Under the pieces are notes generated by a model that was not told the origin of the DNA, ran no database searches, and saw only the letters and a program-made list of their open reading frames with translations. A stretch of DNA of 63,355 bases, counting the filler, from Cercozoa sp. M6MM (Eukaryota > Protista > Endomyxa: Ascetosporea): the NCBI GenBank assembly GCA_040357565.1. It is 12 parts of 12 records of this genome, joined end to end, with 100 filler letters (N's around TTAATTAATTAA, not from the genome) between each part and the next. Parts side by side here need not be neighbours in the genome. Positions count along the whole stretch, not along the records: positions 25,156 to 31,963 come from JBDODJ010000689.1; positions 32,064 to 34,584 come from JBDODJ010001752.1; positions 34,685 to 40,501 come from JBDODJ010000844.1; positions 40,602 to 44,131 come from JBDODJ010001416.1; 8 more parts are not named here. The stretch is one strand, 5' to 3'. Made by a program: the position numbers and the translations under genes. This document shows positions 28,082 through 40,951 of the stretch, one piece after another (the first letter of the stretch is position 1; every line of letters begins with the position of its first letter).

Positions 28082-29632
28082 CTATGTGCAGGCGACGATT
28101 TCAAAAAAGTAGCGCAGTTCATGCACCGCATTTTCTGCCAAGTCGGTGCAGTGCACCGCATTCTCTGAAATGAGAGCAGATTGAATAATGATTTTTAAAT
28201 TTAGGGCAAACCCGGGGTTGAATCTGTATCGGCGAGCTCCTGTACCTGAAGGGGAGTGGCCGAATTGAGCTCGCACGGTCGACGGTCGCAGACGCGCAGC
28301 GATTGCTAACAGGCCCCAGTATCAGCTGCAATATGTAGAATCGACAAAAGGAATAATAGCCTACCGCTATCGAAAGGCCCGCAGATGTCTCGTACTCTTT
28401 CGACGCACTCGGTCTGAGTCTTGTTGTCAAGACAGCACTCGAGCACAATGACAGGGCCGTCAGCTAGTGAATTAACGTGCTTCGAGAAGTCTGTCAGCCA
28501 GGTGTAACACGCGAGAAACTCCTCGCACATTCCATGCGTTGGTTTGAGCATGCGCAATGCCGTCACTTGTACTCCCGTATGAAGAAGCGTGGACAGAACA
28601 GCGCCGCTGCACAAAATTGTTTCCATTTCGCGCAATCAGACGATAATTAGGCTGACAAGATACGCTTTTCCCTCTTGCACGACATGGTTCTTGATGACAA
28701 CGCAGCTGCCCGTCATGCACGCCCCCGAGATCTCCCGTGCCGGCAACTGGTTCAACACACTGTGAATGGAACGAGCGTCGGCAGTTGAGAGCAAGACTGC
28801 ATCAGGAGCGCTCTGACAAAGTAACTGCTGCTCTTTGTCTTTGTCTTCTTCTTTGACCACCAGCTCAACTGAAACGAAGCGATCCTTTGCGAAGGAGCCA
28901 ATTGATGGAATGAACTGTCGAACTTTGTTCAGTGTTCCAACTGGCAGATTGTACAACTGCATATGGCGAAGCACAGTAAAAGTGCCTGCCAGTTGCAGAA
29001 ACTGAGCACACTCTGCAACACTCCCAAACAAGAGGGTGTGCTCCATGTGGTTGCAACGCATATACTCTTCTGTTTGCTTGGTCATGTAGCCCAAAATAGC
29101 CATTTGACGAGACATGATGTTCTAAAAATGCAAAACGTTACAAATCCATAAATTAACCAGCGTCTCTGAACAAAATTGTACCACTGTCATGCTCACTTGG
29201 AATTTTCGCAAAACCGCTGCGAATTCAAAGGGGGAGAGTCGAAAATCAACGAGGCCTGAAGTAAATTTACGGTAGAATACCTTGTCGAACCTCTCGCTCG
29301 CTGGCTGTGTCTGAGCTCGGCAAATTCAGTGATTCGATCACGATGCGACGTAAGAACTGCCCAGTGTAAAGGACAATGCCTTCAAACAATGTATCCTTGG
29401 CAGTCTTCCGTACCACCTTGCGAGATTTTAAATCGACAAGCTGCAGCGTTCCATCGTGTGGCCACAGCAGTAGCGAAAAATAGTGATTTCTTTCCGAAAC
29501 GGGGTCATACCTATACATAAACTTAAATTTAGCATTCAGTTGGAAAGGAAAAACAGAAAGGCAAAACAAAAAGGCAGTTTTAGAAATGGACCATTGAGCT
29601 CTGAAAGCCAGTTTGAGCTCCTCGTCCGCCAT
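28082..29632 (-). CDS. NME7: Nucleoside diphosphate kinase 7 (DM10 plus two NDK domains)
   Basis: LAFRAQW|YDPVSE...LLLWPHDGTLQLVDLK (DM10), then CVVIKNHVV...GKA|GAVL...VRDICGPFD...LRPSTVRAQFG...NAVHCTDL...ELRYFF. Confidence 0.9.
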
Positions 29633-29802
29633 TTAACAGTCTTCGCTTTGTAGACAACGTTTATACCCTCTAGAGTGGGTTTCAAAGGGTGAGAAAGTCA
29701 GTGACTGACATTTTTTGTATTTGCCAAAAAACGACAAACTTTGAAAATAAAGCAACATTACACCATTAGCTCAGCCCAGTTCGTGGGTCAGAGCAGGTGA
29801 AG

Positions 29803-31210
29803 ATGGCTCAAGGACCAGTCAGCCCGTCTGATCTGCTCGGCGAAATCGATGATTTGTTGGTTGAGGAGGCGTCAACCGCCCGATCAACGTCAAACCACGC
29901 ACTGGCTCGGCAAGATGCTTCGCTGCCATCCCAGTTCACCTCAAGCAAGCCCTCGAAAAAGTCAAGCAGCGAGAGAAATAGCGTCAGCATGGCAAAATCA
30001 AGCTTTCTGTCGCGCAGGGATTTAGAAGCACTGAACAACATCAACAACACAACGGCGCGAAACGAAGCCGACGCCTGCTCTTTCACTTTCTTCGATTCGC
30101 CTTTGGAGCTCGAGTCTGGCAACGTGCAGCTCTCTTGTTCTGAGGCTGGGACGAGCCGCTTTTCGAAAAGAAGAAGACGAAACTTGCGCTCGCGAAGTTC
30201 CGAAAGCCTCATTCGCCACAGGCGACCCGAAGCGCAAAAAGGTAGAAGCTTGAGACTGGTCTCATCAAGGAGTTTGTTGCGCGAAGCGAAGTCGCGAAAG
30301 CGTCCGAGCAATCTTGGGTTCCCGTTGATTGTACCATCGCCAAGCACACATTCCGTAGTCACGAGCTCACATGACGTGCCTGACACAGGTGAGTTGTTTG
30401 GGCCAGAGTCGCCTTCTTCGGCTTTCAATGAAAGCAAACGCAGCAAGGGAAGTGCTTCGACCATCCTCCTTCATCGGCAAATACCCGAACTCACAGCGAT
30501 GGAGTGTGGCAGCGGTTCTGCGAGCGAAAGTTCAAGATACTTGAAGCAGAGTACGGTTTCATGGCTGTCTTGTATCTGTGCGTGTCACTCAAAACGGGCA
30601 CGAGTTGTTCCAAGCGAACCCGAAACGATGTCGCGAGTGACGCCTCTCGTGAGCGTGTCAGAGTCCTCAGAAGACTTGGAGCACGCTACAGCGATGAATC
30701 AAGGAATAGATATCAATGCCAAATGTCTTCCATCGGGCGTACGGCTCGGGAATCGGCATACAAAACATCCGCACCGTACACCGGAAGACCGAATCATTTG
30801 CACGCGGTGCGACCACTCCGTCATGATACTGGACGACAGAGTGTCAGTTTTCATAACATGTTTCAAATGACGGTGTATTTATTGTCGCATGGACTATGAG
30901 GGCTTATGGTTTTCGCAGCTGGAACCATCGTACCGAGTATCTGTTCTTTCGCCTCACTGTTCCCGATTTAAACGGTTTGTTTACTGTCACCACATCCTTC
31001 ACTCACCTTAAGATTCATGCAAACGCACGCCAGATCATCGATTCATCTTGCACAGGACTTCAGTTGCGCACTATCCCACTTAAGGGTGCGGCCGCGTATT
31101 GCTGCCAATGTAGCTGGCTCCACGTGTTTGGAGACGACGTGCAGCACGGTCTGCTCTTCTCGCGTCTCGGCAGCAAGCATAAATTACCCCCATGGACGCT
31201 GCGGTACTGA
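29803..31210 (+). CDS. CFAP418: CFAP418/C8orf37-like protein with long Ser-rich insert
   Basis: N-terminal DLLGEIDDLL and C-terminal ICTRCDHSVMILDD|SWNHRTEYLFFRLTVPD...AAYCCQCSW match the C8orf37 motif set (CxxCD...YLFFR...AYxCQCSW). Confidence 0.8.
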
Positions 31211-31574
31211 GAAACGTGTCATGCCTATCCAAGAGCACCAGAGTCATGCAAACGGGTGACAGCACAGCTCTTATTGTATAGTTCACTAACGTACTGTACT
31301 GTACTGGAGCACACTGCAAACGTCATTGGTGTTGGTCGATCTTGATCATCTTAACCCAATCGGTGGCTACAATCTGGATCTCATCGGGTGTGACACACGG
31401 CGACAACTCACACGGCGGAGATAATCACTATGGTGCGCTTTGTCTAATGCTGCTGGCGCCGTGTCACGGCGGCGCGGTTACGCCAGAGTTTTCGATATAT
31501 CGGTTTGGGGCGCTGTCGCGCGCGTTTTGTGGCCCGCTGTGGCGCGATTGTACCTTAGTTGGTGCTAGTGTCTC

Positions 31575-31920
31575 ATGAGCGCATTTTGTGTCACTTGTGA
31601 ACAGACAGTGTCAATGTTTTTTTTTTTTTTAATTTCTGGGGTTGTATCCATTGTGTTGCGCAGTCGGTGTTTCTGCTGTTCGAGTCGGCTGCCGGCTACG
31701 CGCTCTTCGAGCGCATCAGCGGCGATGAGATCGGCGCCAAGGTACCTTACCGATAATCAAGAGAACTAGTTCCGATGTTAAATATCTTGTGTCCTAGGAC
31801 GCTGCTGCTCAGCGCTCGCTGAAGGAGCTCAGCAAGTTCAGCAAGATGGTGAAGCTTTCGGCCTTCCAGCCATTTTCGTCGCCGCAGCAGGCGCTGGAGT
31901 CGATCAACGCTCTGGTTGAG
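31575..31920 (+). CDS. NOP56: Box C/D snoRNP protein NOP56, N-terminal part (truncated)
   Basis: LLFESAAGYALFE...DEIG...SKFSKMVKLSAFQPFSS...ALESINAL. Confidence 0.85.
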
Positions 31921-31963
<43 letters not shown>

Positions 31964-32063
31964 NNNNNNNNNNNNNNNNNNNNNNNNNNNNNNNNNNNNN
32001 NNNNNNNTTAATTAATTAANNNNNNNNNNNNNNNNNNNNNNNNNNNNNNNNNNNNNNNNNNNN

Positions 32064-32122
<59 letters not shown>

Positions 32123-33144
32123 GGGTAATCATCATTGTCACCAAGTTCTGTAGTTGACAGATCTAGAAAGATATGTATAAGTTTACCATCTTTGTAACCC
32201 AGCAGTCCACAAGTTCTGTAGTAGACAGACAGATACATATTTATATACATATAAGTTTATATCATCTTTGTAACCCAGTAAATTACGAGTGTGGCGAGCC
32301 CGCCGCTGCCACCAGAAGAGGATTCGTCTGCTTTAGAACTTAGAGCGCCTCTGCTCGCTCATGTTAAGTCAGGAGAGATATGAACGCTTCGGCTGGAAAG
32401 CACATGTTAGTTAGTTGTCAGCTGTAGAACAGCACGAACCTTGTCAAGGACGAAACAGGCCTCTGCAAAGGACAACACAAACCTCGACAAGTGGAACAAG
32501 CTCGACAACGGTGATACGCGCTCCTACAATTTCAAGCTTAAGCTTAAGGTCAACACGAACCTCGATAGGGGCGATACAAGCCACACATGTATACCTAGGC
32601 AAGCTTCTACAACCTCGACATGGGGTGGTACCGGCTTCTGCATCACAAACCTCGGCAAGTGATGCAAGCTTCTGCAATTGCAAGAGCAGTGTAAGCTTCC
32701 CGAGTGGGTAGCACGCTCTGTTCCACCCGTCAAGAAACGCAACCCGTGCACGTCGGAAGTCGTCGGCTTAAGCTTCTAGATCTAGACGGAACTTCTCGGT
32801 TCACCGTCTTGCTGTAACTTAGCTACGCTAGTGTCAATTTCATAGTGGTGTCGTCGCCGTGTGGCTCCTCCCAACGCCGCTTGAGCTCGAGGTAGCAACG
32901 CGACTTTAGTTTATTTGAAGCAGACGAAGCTGAAGCTTGAGCTTACAGTATCTAAGTGACGTGAGAAATAAAATCAATCGCCACATTCAAAGACTGGCAC
33001 TAACAAGGCAGCGCAGAAGCCGCTCAATCAGCTGCAGGTTGCGCTCGCACAACTTCTCGTTCAGAATGCGAACGAGACGCAGGTACTTGGAAGTCGTCAA
33101 AGGAGCATCCCTGAAGGAAAATATGCAAGCACATCTTCGACCAG

Positions 33145-34138
33145 ATGTTCGACCCGTTGACAGGACAGCTCCGCGAGGATGCCGTTCGTCATGCATGTGG
33201 TACCTGCCGTGAATGTGTGTTTCTTACAGAGTTTAACGCGGTGTTCCTGCCGTTGATGTGTGATATAGAAGAGGACACACCAGGCGTGAATGCACTGGTC
33301 GCTGAGACGGTCATCCGTGACCTGTTTTCGATGGACGAAAACGACTGCTTTGGAGGTCGCAAACGCACAGAGGTGGTCAAGTTGGCGACACAGGTATTGA
33401 ACCGCGTGTTCAAGGAAGCGAGTGCGCGCAAGGAGAAAGTCACCCTATCGTATATTTAAATTCTGCTTTTCTGCTTTCGACTTACGCAGTATGTTATCTG
33501 TGGTAGGTTTTAGTGGGCGCATTTGTCCGCGCGTGCATGAGTAGTATGTTTAGCTCCGTACGTGTACACTCGAATAAATACGTATTTGATTTCGTAGCGA
33601 CACCTTGCTGGAAGTACTGAACTCGGAAGATGCCACTGACATTGCGAGGAACTGCGACTCTCCGAACAACACGGTAGTTATTTTTGTTTCTGTGTTTTGA
33701 TACTGTGTATACGTATGATTGTGCAAACTAGAGGATGAAATCACTCGAGTTTTGTTGGCGCACGCTGACGACAACGTGGACGTTCATGATGATGATGTCG
33801 ACAGCACTGCCAACGACGCGGCCAAGCGTGCAGCAGTGACATGCATCTCTGCAATGCATGTCGTGATGCGTGCAGTGCGATGTATTGCAGCTGCGTTTTT
33901 ACCCGGAGCTAACGGACGGCCCATTTATTCAAAAAAATCACAAGCTGTTCTTTTTGGCGTACCAGGTGATTGACCTTTCGGAACCCGTGCAATGACACTC
34001 TTCTACCAGCTACTGAGCAGGTGCGGTGCTGTGTCATCTTTCGGACCAATATCGTTATTCGTCGGCAGACCGCCATGCGATACAGTTAGATGTCTACTGG
34101 GAATGCAAGACAGTTGCCTTGCACTTAACGCACTGTGA
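33145..34138 (+). CDS. Hypothetical multi-exon protein
   Basis: Coding-like exons EFNAVFLPLMCDIEE..., EDEITRVLLAHADD... and FYPELTDGPFIQKNHKLFFLAYQ. Boundaries uncertain. Confidence 0.4.
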
Positions 34139-34684
34139 TACAGTTACAGATCTACTACGAATATATGACAGTAACAGACCTAGTACGTCAGTCGATGTGC
34201 ATCAGGTACAGCCGAGAGATACCCTTCAGATACTATGACAGATACGCTCGAGTTACTGGGAGGTTGCGTGCGATTTTTCGTCGTCCAAGACCTAGTTGGG
34301 TGAAGGATTGGTGGGATATTGGCCCGATTCGCACCAGTAACTTAAAAGATACTGCATCAGATATGCACCTGATACGCAGGTCCATAGTAGTTACGCGCTA
34401 GATACGCACCAGATACGCACCAGATGATACTTCCGGTCGGTAACATCGGGAGTTGTATCTGCTGCTCGGTACCTAGTCTGTATCAGGCTTGTATCTCAAG
34501 CGAAATCCTTGTTGTGCAAGTAGAGAGGCGTCGCAGGCGGTGTCGGTCGTCCCGTCGTCGTCCTCCCGCCTCTCCACTCGATAANNNNNNNNNNNNNNNN
34601 NNNNNNNNNNNNNNNNNNNNNNNNNNNNTTAATTAATTAANNNNNNNNNNNNNNNNNNNNNNNNNNNNNNNNNNNNNNNNNNNN

Positions 34685-35863
34685 GGGAGCGACTGCCGTG
34701 GCGATGCGCATCAGTGGGGCACCCACCTTGGCCATCTCGCCAATCTCGTGGCACAACGACTCCACCTTGCCTAATGTGGGGTGCGGGGTAGGTAGGATGC
34801 AAGGTGGAAATGAGGATACCAGCATAGGGCGACGTGATCTCGACGTTCGCCTTGTCGGACTGCACCTCGCACACCTTGTCGAACTCCTGGATCTCGTCTA
34901 ATGGGGAAGGGGTAACAAGGGGGGGCGCATGGGGGTAAAGCAAGGCACCGCCAGGCTTGACGAACCACTCGAGCACCTCGACCTCGAAAATGCCTTCGCC
35001 AATGTCGGCCAGGTTGAAGTCTACTACCTCCTGCACGTGGGTGGGGGTAGGAGGTAAAGGGGCAAATGGGGCAAAGGGACAAAGACGGAGAACTCGGTAG
35101 TACCGTGGGAGAGTTGGCGGCAACAGTCTCGGTGGCGGTGGCGACACTGTTGGCACCGACCGGGTCGCTGCTGCTGTCGGTGTTGTCCGAGTCGATGCAC
35201 ATGAGCGGTTGGCCCACCTACACACATACCACATCCCGGCACAGGAAGAAGCACAGCGAGTCTGTATACCTTGGCCATGCCTCCGACCTCGTGGTACAAG
35301 GATTGCACCACACCTGAGAAATTACAGGAGTGAGAGTGGTAAACAGGGGAGGAGCGCAAGAACACGTACCAGAGTAAGGCGACGTGATCTCGACATTCGC
35401 TTTGTCCGACTGCACCTCGCAGACCTTGTCGAACTCACTCACCTTGTCTGCGCACAAGTTGCGAACCAAAGAATAAAACTGGGAAAGAAAGAAGGAAGAG
35501 GAAGGTAATATTTAAGAGAGTAAGAGAAGCAAGAGGAGGTAAAGAGGGTAACAGAAAATAGCACCGCCAGGCTTGACGAACCACTCAAGCACTTCAACCT
35601 CAAAGATGCCCTCGCCAATGTCGGCCAGGTTGAAGTTCACGGCAGCGAACTGGCGCGCCCACTGCTGACGACGCAGCGTCGACGCAGCGCCTCCTCGAGC
35701 GGCCCGGCTCTATTAAACACACAGTCACACCCACTTGCACAGTGTAGACATGCCAAAAGGCAGAGAAACACTCACTGCATTCACAGCAAGATGACAACAC
35801 AACGTGCATCTGCTCCGGCAGCTCTACAGGCGCGCACACGCAATTTCAACCTACCAGCAGCAT
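34685..35863 (-). CDS. DBT: Branched-chain 2-oxoacid dehydrogenase E2 with two lipoyl domains, 3'-truncated
   Basis: Two copies of [23 protein letters not shown]|D...[20 protein letters not shown]. The QSDKA lipoyl motif is typical of DBT. Preceded by an Arg-rich presequence. Confidence 0.88.
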
Positions 35864-36145
35864 GACGCAGTGTGTGCACACAAACGAGAGAACTCTACTG
35901 CAGCTTTTCAGACACCCCCACTCCCTGTCGCATTTTTGTACATTTGGACCGATTTTCGGTTTGAACTCCCCACGTGAGATGATTCTGTTTTTGTTATTCA
36001 AGAACCGCAATGCTCAGAGCGTATGCTGTTCTGGTAGTTGAAAACGATTGACTAGCTTCAAGATCGACTCGATTTTCCCTGTCAAAGTGCGCTGGGCCAA
36101 CATTCTAGCTGGGACCGACGTCGACGCGTGTATCGCCCACGCGGT

Positions 36146-39018
36146 CTACTCATCGGAAGACAGGCGCTCGAGCGCCTCGTCGTCATCCTCTACTCCACCG
36201 TGACATGTGGGCGGAGAGGGTCCTGGAACAGGCAGTGTAAATTTACCAGAATTGTCGCTGAAACTGATGTCATCGTCAGCATCGACAACATCACCACTCT
36301 GTGCGCATACAGCGGATGCACAAAAAAGCACAGGCAGATACGGGTCGTACCTGGCGCAGAGGCGGCGTTAAAGCAGGCGCCTCTTGCCGCTTCGGCAGTG
36401 TCGACAAGTCGATGGTTTCCTCGGCTTGCTCGAGCTGTTGCTGTTGCTGTTGTGGCTGTTGCAGACGCTGCTTGTCCTCCTCTGTCTGCACACTGGCCAG
36501 TCGGAAGACACCGCCGCTCATGTCGAACGCGGACGGTGTGCCACGTGACTGTGCGGGGAAAAGGGTAAGAGGGGGTAAGACAGGTAAGGTAGGGGTAGGA
36601 GTGGGTACAGGACGAGGCGACACAACCACGCGATCACCCGCCGACTGCGGCGGCAACGACGCCAGCGCCTCTGTCCACGCGCGTTGCTCCGCGCGGACGT
36701 TGTCGCTACATCAGGCGAGGTGGTCACAGGGCAATGTGACAAGTCAACAACATACTGGTGCATCTGGAAGAAACGTCGCACGCATGCTGTCATTTCGACA
36801 TTGTAGGCCGTCTGCACAGAGCGGGGTAAAGGGTAAATGTATGGAGTGAGGGCAAAGAGTTCGGCGAGAAGGAGCAAACAGCACCTGGAAGGCGGCGATC
36901 TCGTGGCGCAGTCGTTCGTCGAGCACCTGCAGTTCGCGCAGGTAGTGCTGCTTCCGATCGTCCAGCTGGCGCCACTGCTCGCGTGCGTCGCTCGCTCTAC
37001 ACACGCACAGCCATACAGACGGTCCACACAGAGTCCACCCGTACACGCCACTTAAACACAAGTGGTACCGCGTGGCGGCCTCGTGCAACGAACGCACTTT
37101 CGTGCGCAAACTGCGCCGTCTTTCGCTCACCTGGCAAGGGTTTAAAATACAAGGGTAAGAGGGAGGGTAAAGTAAGAGGGAGGGTAAACCGCCTACCTCA
37201 AGTGCAGCAGCGACGTAGGCACTCCAGTCGGCGAGTGTTTCGGCCACGTCCTGCGCCGTCTTTGAGGCCAGTCGCTGTTCGGAGGAATGGAAGGTAAGAG
37301 AGGTTATTGGGGGGGGGATAGGTTGTAGTACCTCAGTTTCAGGCGCAATAGAGGCGGCAACCGAAGCCGCAGTGTTGAGCCACTACGCATCATGACGTAT
37401 CGGCTCAAGTGTACAAGCGTACAAACCTAGGTCCAGTTGTACCCGAGGCAGCTGCGTATCGGCTCCACGAACTGACTCGGCTCGTCGGAGTGCCTCGGTG
37501 GCGTCGGCGTCGCACAGGTGTCGCGACAGGCGCGCACTCTGCAGTGAAGGGGGTAAGGGTGGGGGAAAGGGATTAAGGGATTAAGGGTGGGTGAAAGGGG
37601 AAAAGGGTAAAAGGGGGAACTATGCCTCCTCAAGCGAAGCTATCGTGGCAGCAGCAACGGAAAATTCGTTCCACGTGGCCGCCACTTTCGCCCGTCGTAC
37701 CGCCAGTCTTCGCTATGGGGAGGGATGGGGTAAGACGAGGTAAGATGGGGGGGGGGGTAAAGAGATGTAAGGTACCACCTGCTCGTCCAGTTCGCGGCAG
37801 GCACAGTGCGCGTGTCGGAGGTACTCGGCAAAGGTGCGCGCACACTCGTCGCGATGTCGCGGCACTAGTGTCACGATATCATCGTCGTCATCGACACCTT
37901 CCTCGGGCACCATGCCGAACTCTTCGTCTTCTTCCACCGACTAAAGATTACAGGAGTAAAGAAGAGTAAAGGGGTATAGGGTTAGGAGAGAAAACTACTT
38001 CAGAAGGCGAGGCCGACGCAGGCCGCACAGCGTCGACCACCGAGGCCACGCCGTGCTGCACCATCGTCAGGAAACTGCCAACCAGTTTGGTACCCACCTC
38101 GACGCCTGCACACGAGACAGAGGATGAAGAGGCACAGTGGCTGTAAGGAGTCAAGATTAAAGGGCAAAGAAGGGTATACCAACATTGGAGGTGTCCAAGT
38201 CAAGGTCGAACTGCTTCGCCAGAGCACGATCCGTGGCCAGTTGTTCCGCGTCGGCAGCAGCATCAATCTCGTCTACTTCCTTCTGGTACCTACATACAAT
38301 TGGTCCAGCCATTACAGTACTTGTGGGGACAAGGCAGAGCGTACGTGTGAAACTGCTCGTGCGACAGGAACTGCAACACGTGACTGTCGTGCGCCAGCGG
38401 AGCGCGTGCCACCAGACGACGCAAAAAACGTGTCAACAAGCGCTGGCGCTCCGCCACCGTCGCTGCACTCTGCGGATCAATCATTATAGGTTAACAGAAA
38501 GTACAGGCAAAAAGAGGATACGTTGCGAGACAGGTAGTCCTTGCGCGGCAGTGGCGGCACAATCACGCCGGCATAGCGCCGAACGAGCTTGCGTCGCAGC
38601 CACTCAAAGTCGCTGAAGCGGCGCTGCACGCGACTAGTGTGCACGTGCTCCGTGCCCACGGAAGCAACCGGCGAGCCGTGCATTGCGTCGAGCTCTACGT
38701 CTGCTGCTGTGTCCGGATCAATCGCTTGCGTCTCCACCAGGTACGACGTGAACGTCTTGGTGCGGAACAACTCGCTGCGCTGCTCCGGATCCTGGTGGTT
38801 GGTGCAAACCACGCCCGTTTAAACCAACCACAGTTTTTCAAATTGCCCAAGCTACCTTGACCGTGACGTGTCGCTGTGGCGTCGCATCCAATGACAGGGC
38901 AGCTGCCCTCTGCCAACACAAAAAATGCACGCGAAAACATAAACGACAAAACGAACGGCGAAACTAGCAATCCTGGCAGACTAAGAGAAAGTACATCGGC
39001 CGACAAAGTGGGTAACAT
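36146..39018 (-). CDS. Sorting nexin (PX domain plus BAR-like coiled coil)
   Basis: VTVK|DPEQ...TSYLV...VQRRFSDFEWLRRKLVRRYAGVIVPPLPRK...ERQRLLTRFLRRLV...LQFL, followed by helical exons. Confidence 0.85.
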
Positions 39019-39300
39019 TGCTAAAATAAGCCGATCAAGTGGCTTAGAGTTCCTGCAATACCCGGAAAGCGTCTTTTCTTCCGGTTGTAGTTGTGCCCTT
39101 GCCACCGGTGTTTCGGATTTTTCCTTGCCGTTTCTTTGACTTCCAGTTGTCTTACCTGGATTCCATCTCCGAAAATGGGCTAGCTGTAGTTTCCGGTCTT
39201 TCTCCCCTGGATTCGGACCCGTGGATACTACTGAATCTGCCAATCTACCGTTTACCACTACGGTCTCAGGCTTGACGGAGGTGTGACGGCTTTCAGTTGA

Positions 39301-40361
39301 ATGCCGATGGTCTCCCCGGTTTCTACGTTGGTCAACTTGTTTAACAAGGCTCGCGGTCGTCGAGCACCAATGACAAGAAGGAGAAAGCCAGCCGAGGATT
39401 CGGAGACTGCTTCGATGCTTCTTCAATCGCGCGCTAACGAGTTTTGTCATGTTCCGAATTCGCGTCGACGTTCCGAATGTACGAAGAATCATCACGTCGA
39501 TGAAACTTCTGAGGTGTGGTGGGATTCGCATTATGCCAGCACACGCCCGAAGGTTGATCAAAGTACATGTATCCAGCGCAAAGAATTGTACAATTTGAAT
39601 CCTCAAGCAAAAATAATTGTACAGAAGTCAAAGCGACACCTCCTCCAAAAGCAAGTCGATGAATTAATTTCGACAGTTCAGAATCTTCGCAGAAGAATCG
39701 ATGAGCTTTCTTCCAACCTCAAACAGGCGGGACAGCAGTTGACAGACATGCAGCTACGCGATCAAGAACAAAAGCGATTGCTTTCCGATCTTAGAAGCCA
39801 AATCAAAGAATTGCACCTCACTCACAACCGCCCGTCTGGTCACTTTGGTGTCCGACAGCTTCCCGTCACGGCATCGTCGAAATCGATGCCACCAAGTCCT
39901 CACGCGACCAACATTGACCGCAAATCGCCATCGCATGTCACAGCAGGCGGTGTTCGAACTCAAAATCGCGAAAGCAGCGTTCTTGCCGTTGCCAGCGGAA
40001 AAAGCAACACAACGTTAACATCGCATCTGCAAGCAGAATTAAATTCTTCGGTCCGAAGTCAAGGCCACTCCATTTCTTCCAAGAATTTAAAGAAGTTCGA
40101 TGATGTGAGAATCATACGCGACAACTGCAACTGCACCTTCTTTTTCGACGTGAGGTACAGTTCGCATACAGTACGGGCGCTGATGTTGTACCATCCTGTA
40201 TATTTACATGTTGATGTTTGTGCTCGCAGCCCTCTCGGGGAAGGTTCGCTCAGACAAAAGGACTTCGAAGTTCAGTTGCAAAGCGTTGTCAGTGCAAGTG
40301 AAGAATTAATTGACGAGATGGAGAATGATGACACTTGTATCGCCATGTTCTGTGTCAGCCA
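39301..40361 (+). CDS. Hypothetical coiled-coil protein, 3'-truncated
   Basis: Long ORF with heptads LQKQVDELISTVQNLRRRIDELSSNL...LRSQIKEL. Confidence 0.55.
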
Positions 40362-40427
40362 AGTAAGTTACTCTTTTGGTTCTGTAATTGCTTTCAAGTC
40401 TCGAACGTTTAACGGGGTGTTTGTGTG

Positions 40428-40501
<74 letters not shown>

Positions 40502-40601
40502 NNNNNNNNNNNNNNNNNNNNNNNNNNNNNNNNNNNNNNNNNNNNTTAATTAATTAANNNNNNNNNNNNNNNNNNNNNNNNNNNNNNNNNNNNNNNNNNN
40601 N

Positions 40602-40804
40602 TAACTATCAAGTAACTGGAGTAACAGTAGAGTAATCAGAGTAATAGTAGAGTAATCAGAGTAATTCGTGTCGCTGAGCGTAATTTACTCGGATTACTCA
40701 AAATTTCGCGAGTAATTCGAGTAATATGTGAGTACCTCGAGTAATTGTTCGAGTAATCCGAGTAATTCGTGTCGCTGAGCGTAATTTACTCGAGTTACTC
40801 AAAA
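40602..40804. repeat. GAGTAAT-based degenerate tandem array with two ~45-bp direct repeats
   Basis: gagtaattcgtgtcgctgagcgtaatttactc(gga/gag)ttactcaaaa occurs near 40659 and 40760, among many GAGTAA/TTACTC half-sites. Confidence 0.8.
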
Positions 40805-40951
40805 CCGGTTCTCGAGGTTGAGCCGAGCGTTTCTAGTGCGCCGTTTCCATATCATTCCGTTCCGTTGACCTTGGGAAATGTAGGAATTGGAGAGTTCAGC
40901 AGCTTTAAAGAACCACCGAGAAGCTTAATCGGTAGAAGCTGCAAACTGAAA

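Noticed and set aside
38695-39606. 303-aa minus-strand ORF
   Set aside because: It overlaps the sorting-nexin first exons and the antisense of the 39301 gene, so it is a shadow ORF.
40602-40804. CRISPR-like repeat-spacer look
   Set aside because: Only two long units, the spacer is made of the same motif, there are no cas genes, and the context is eukaryotic.
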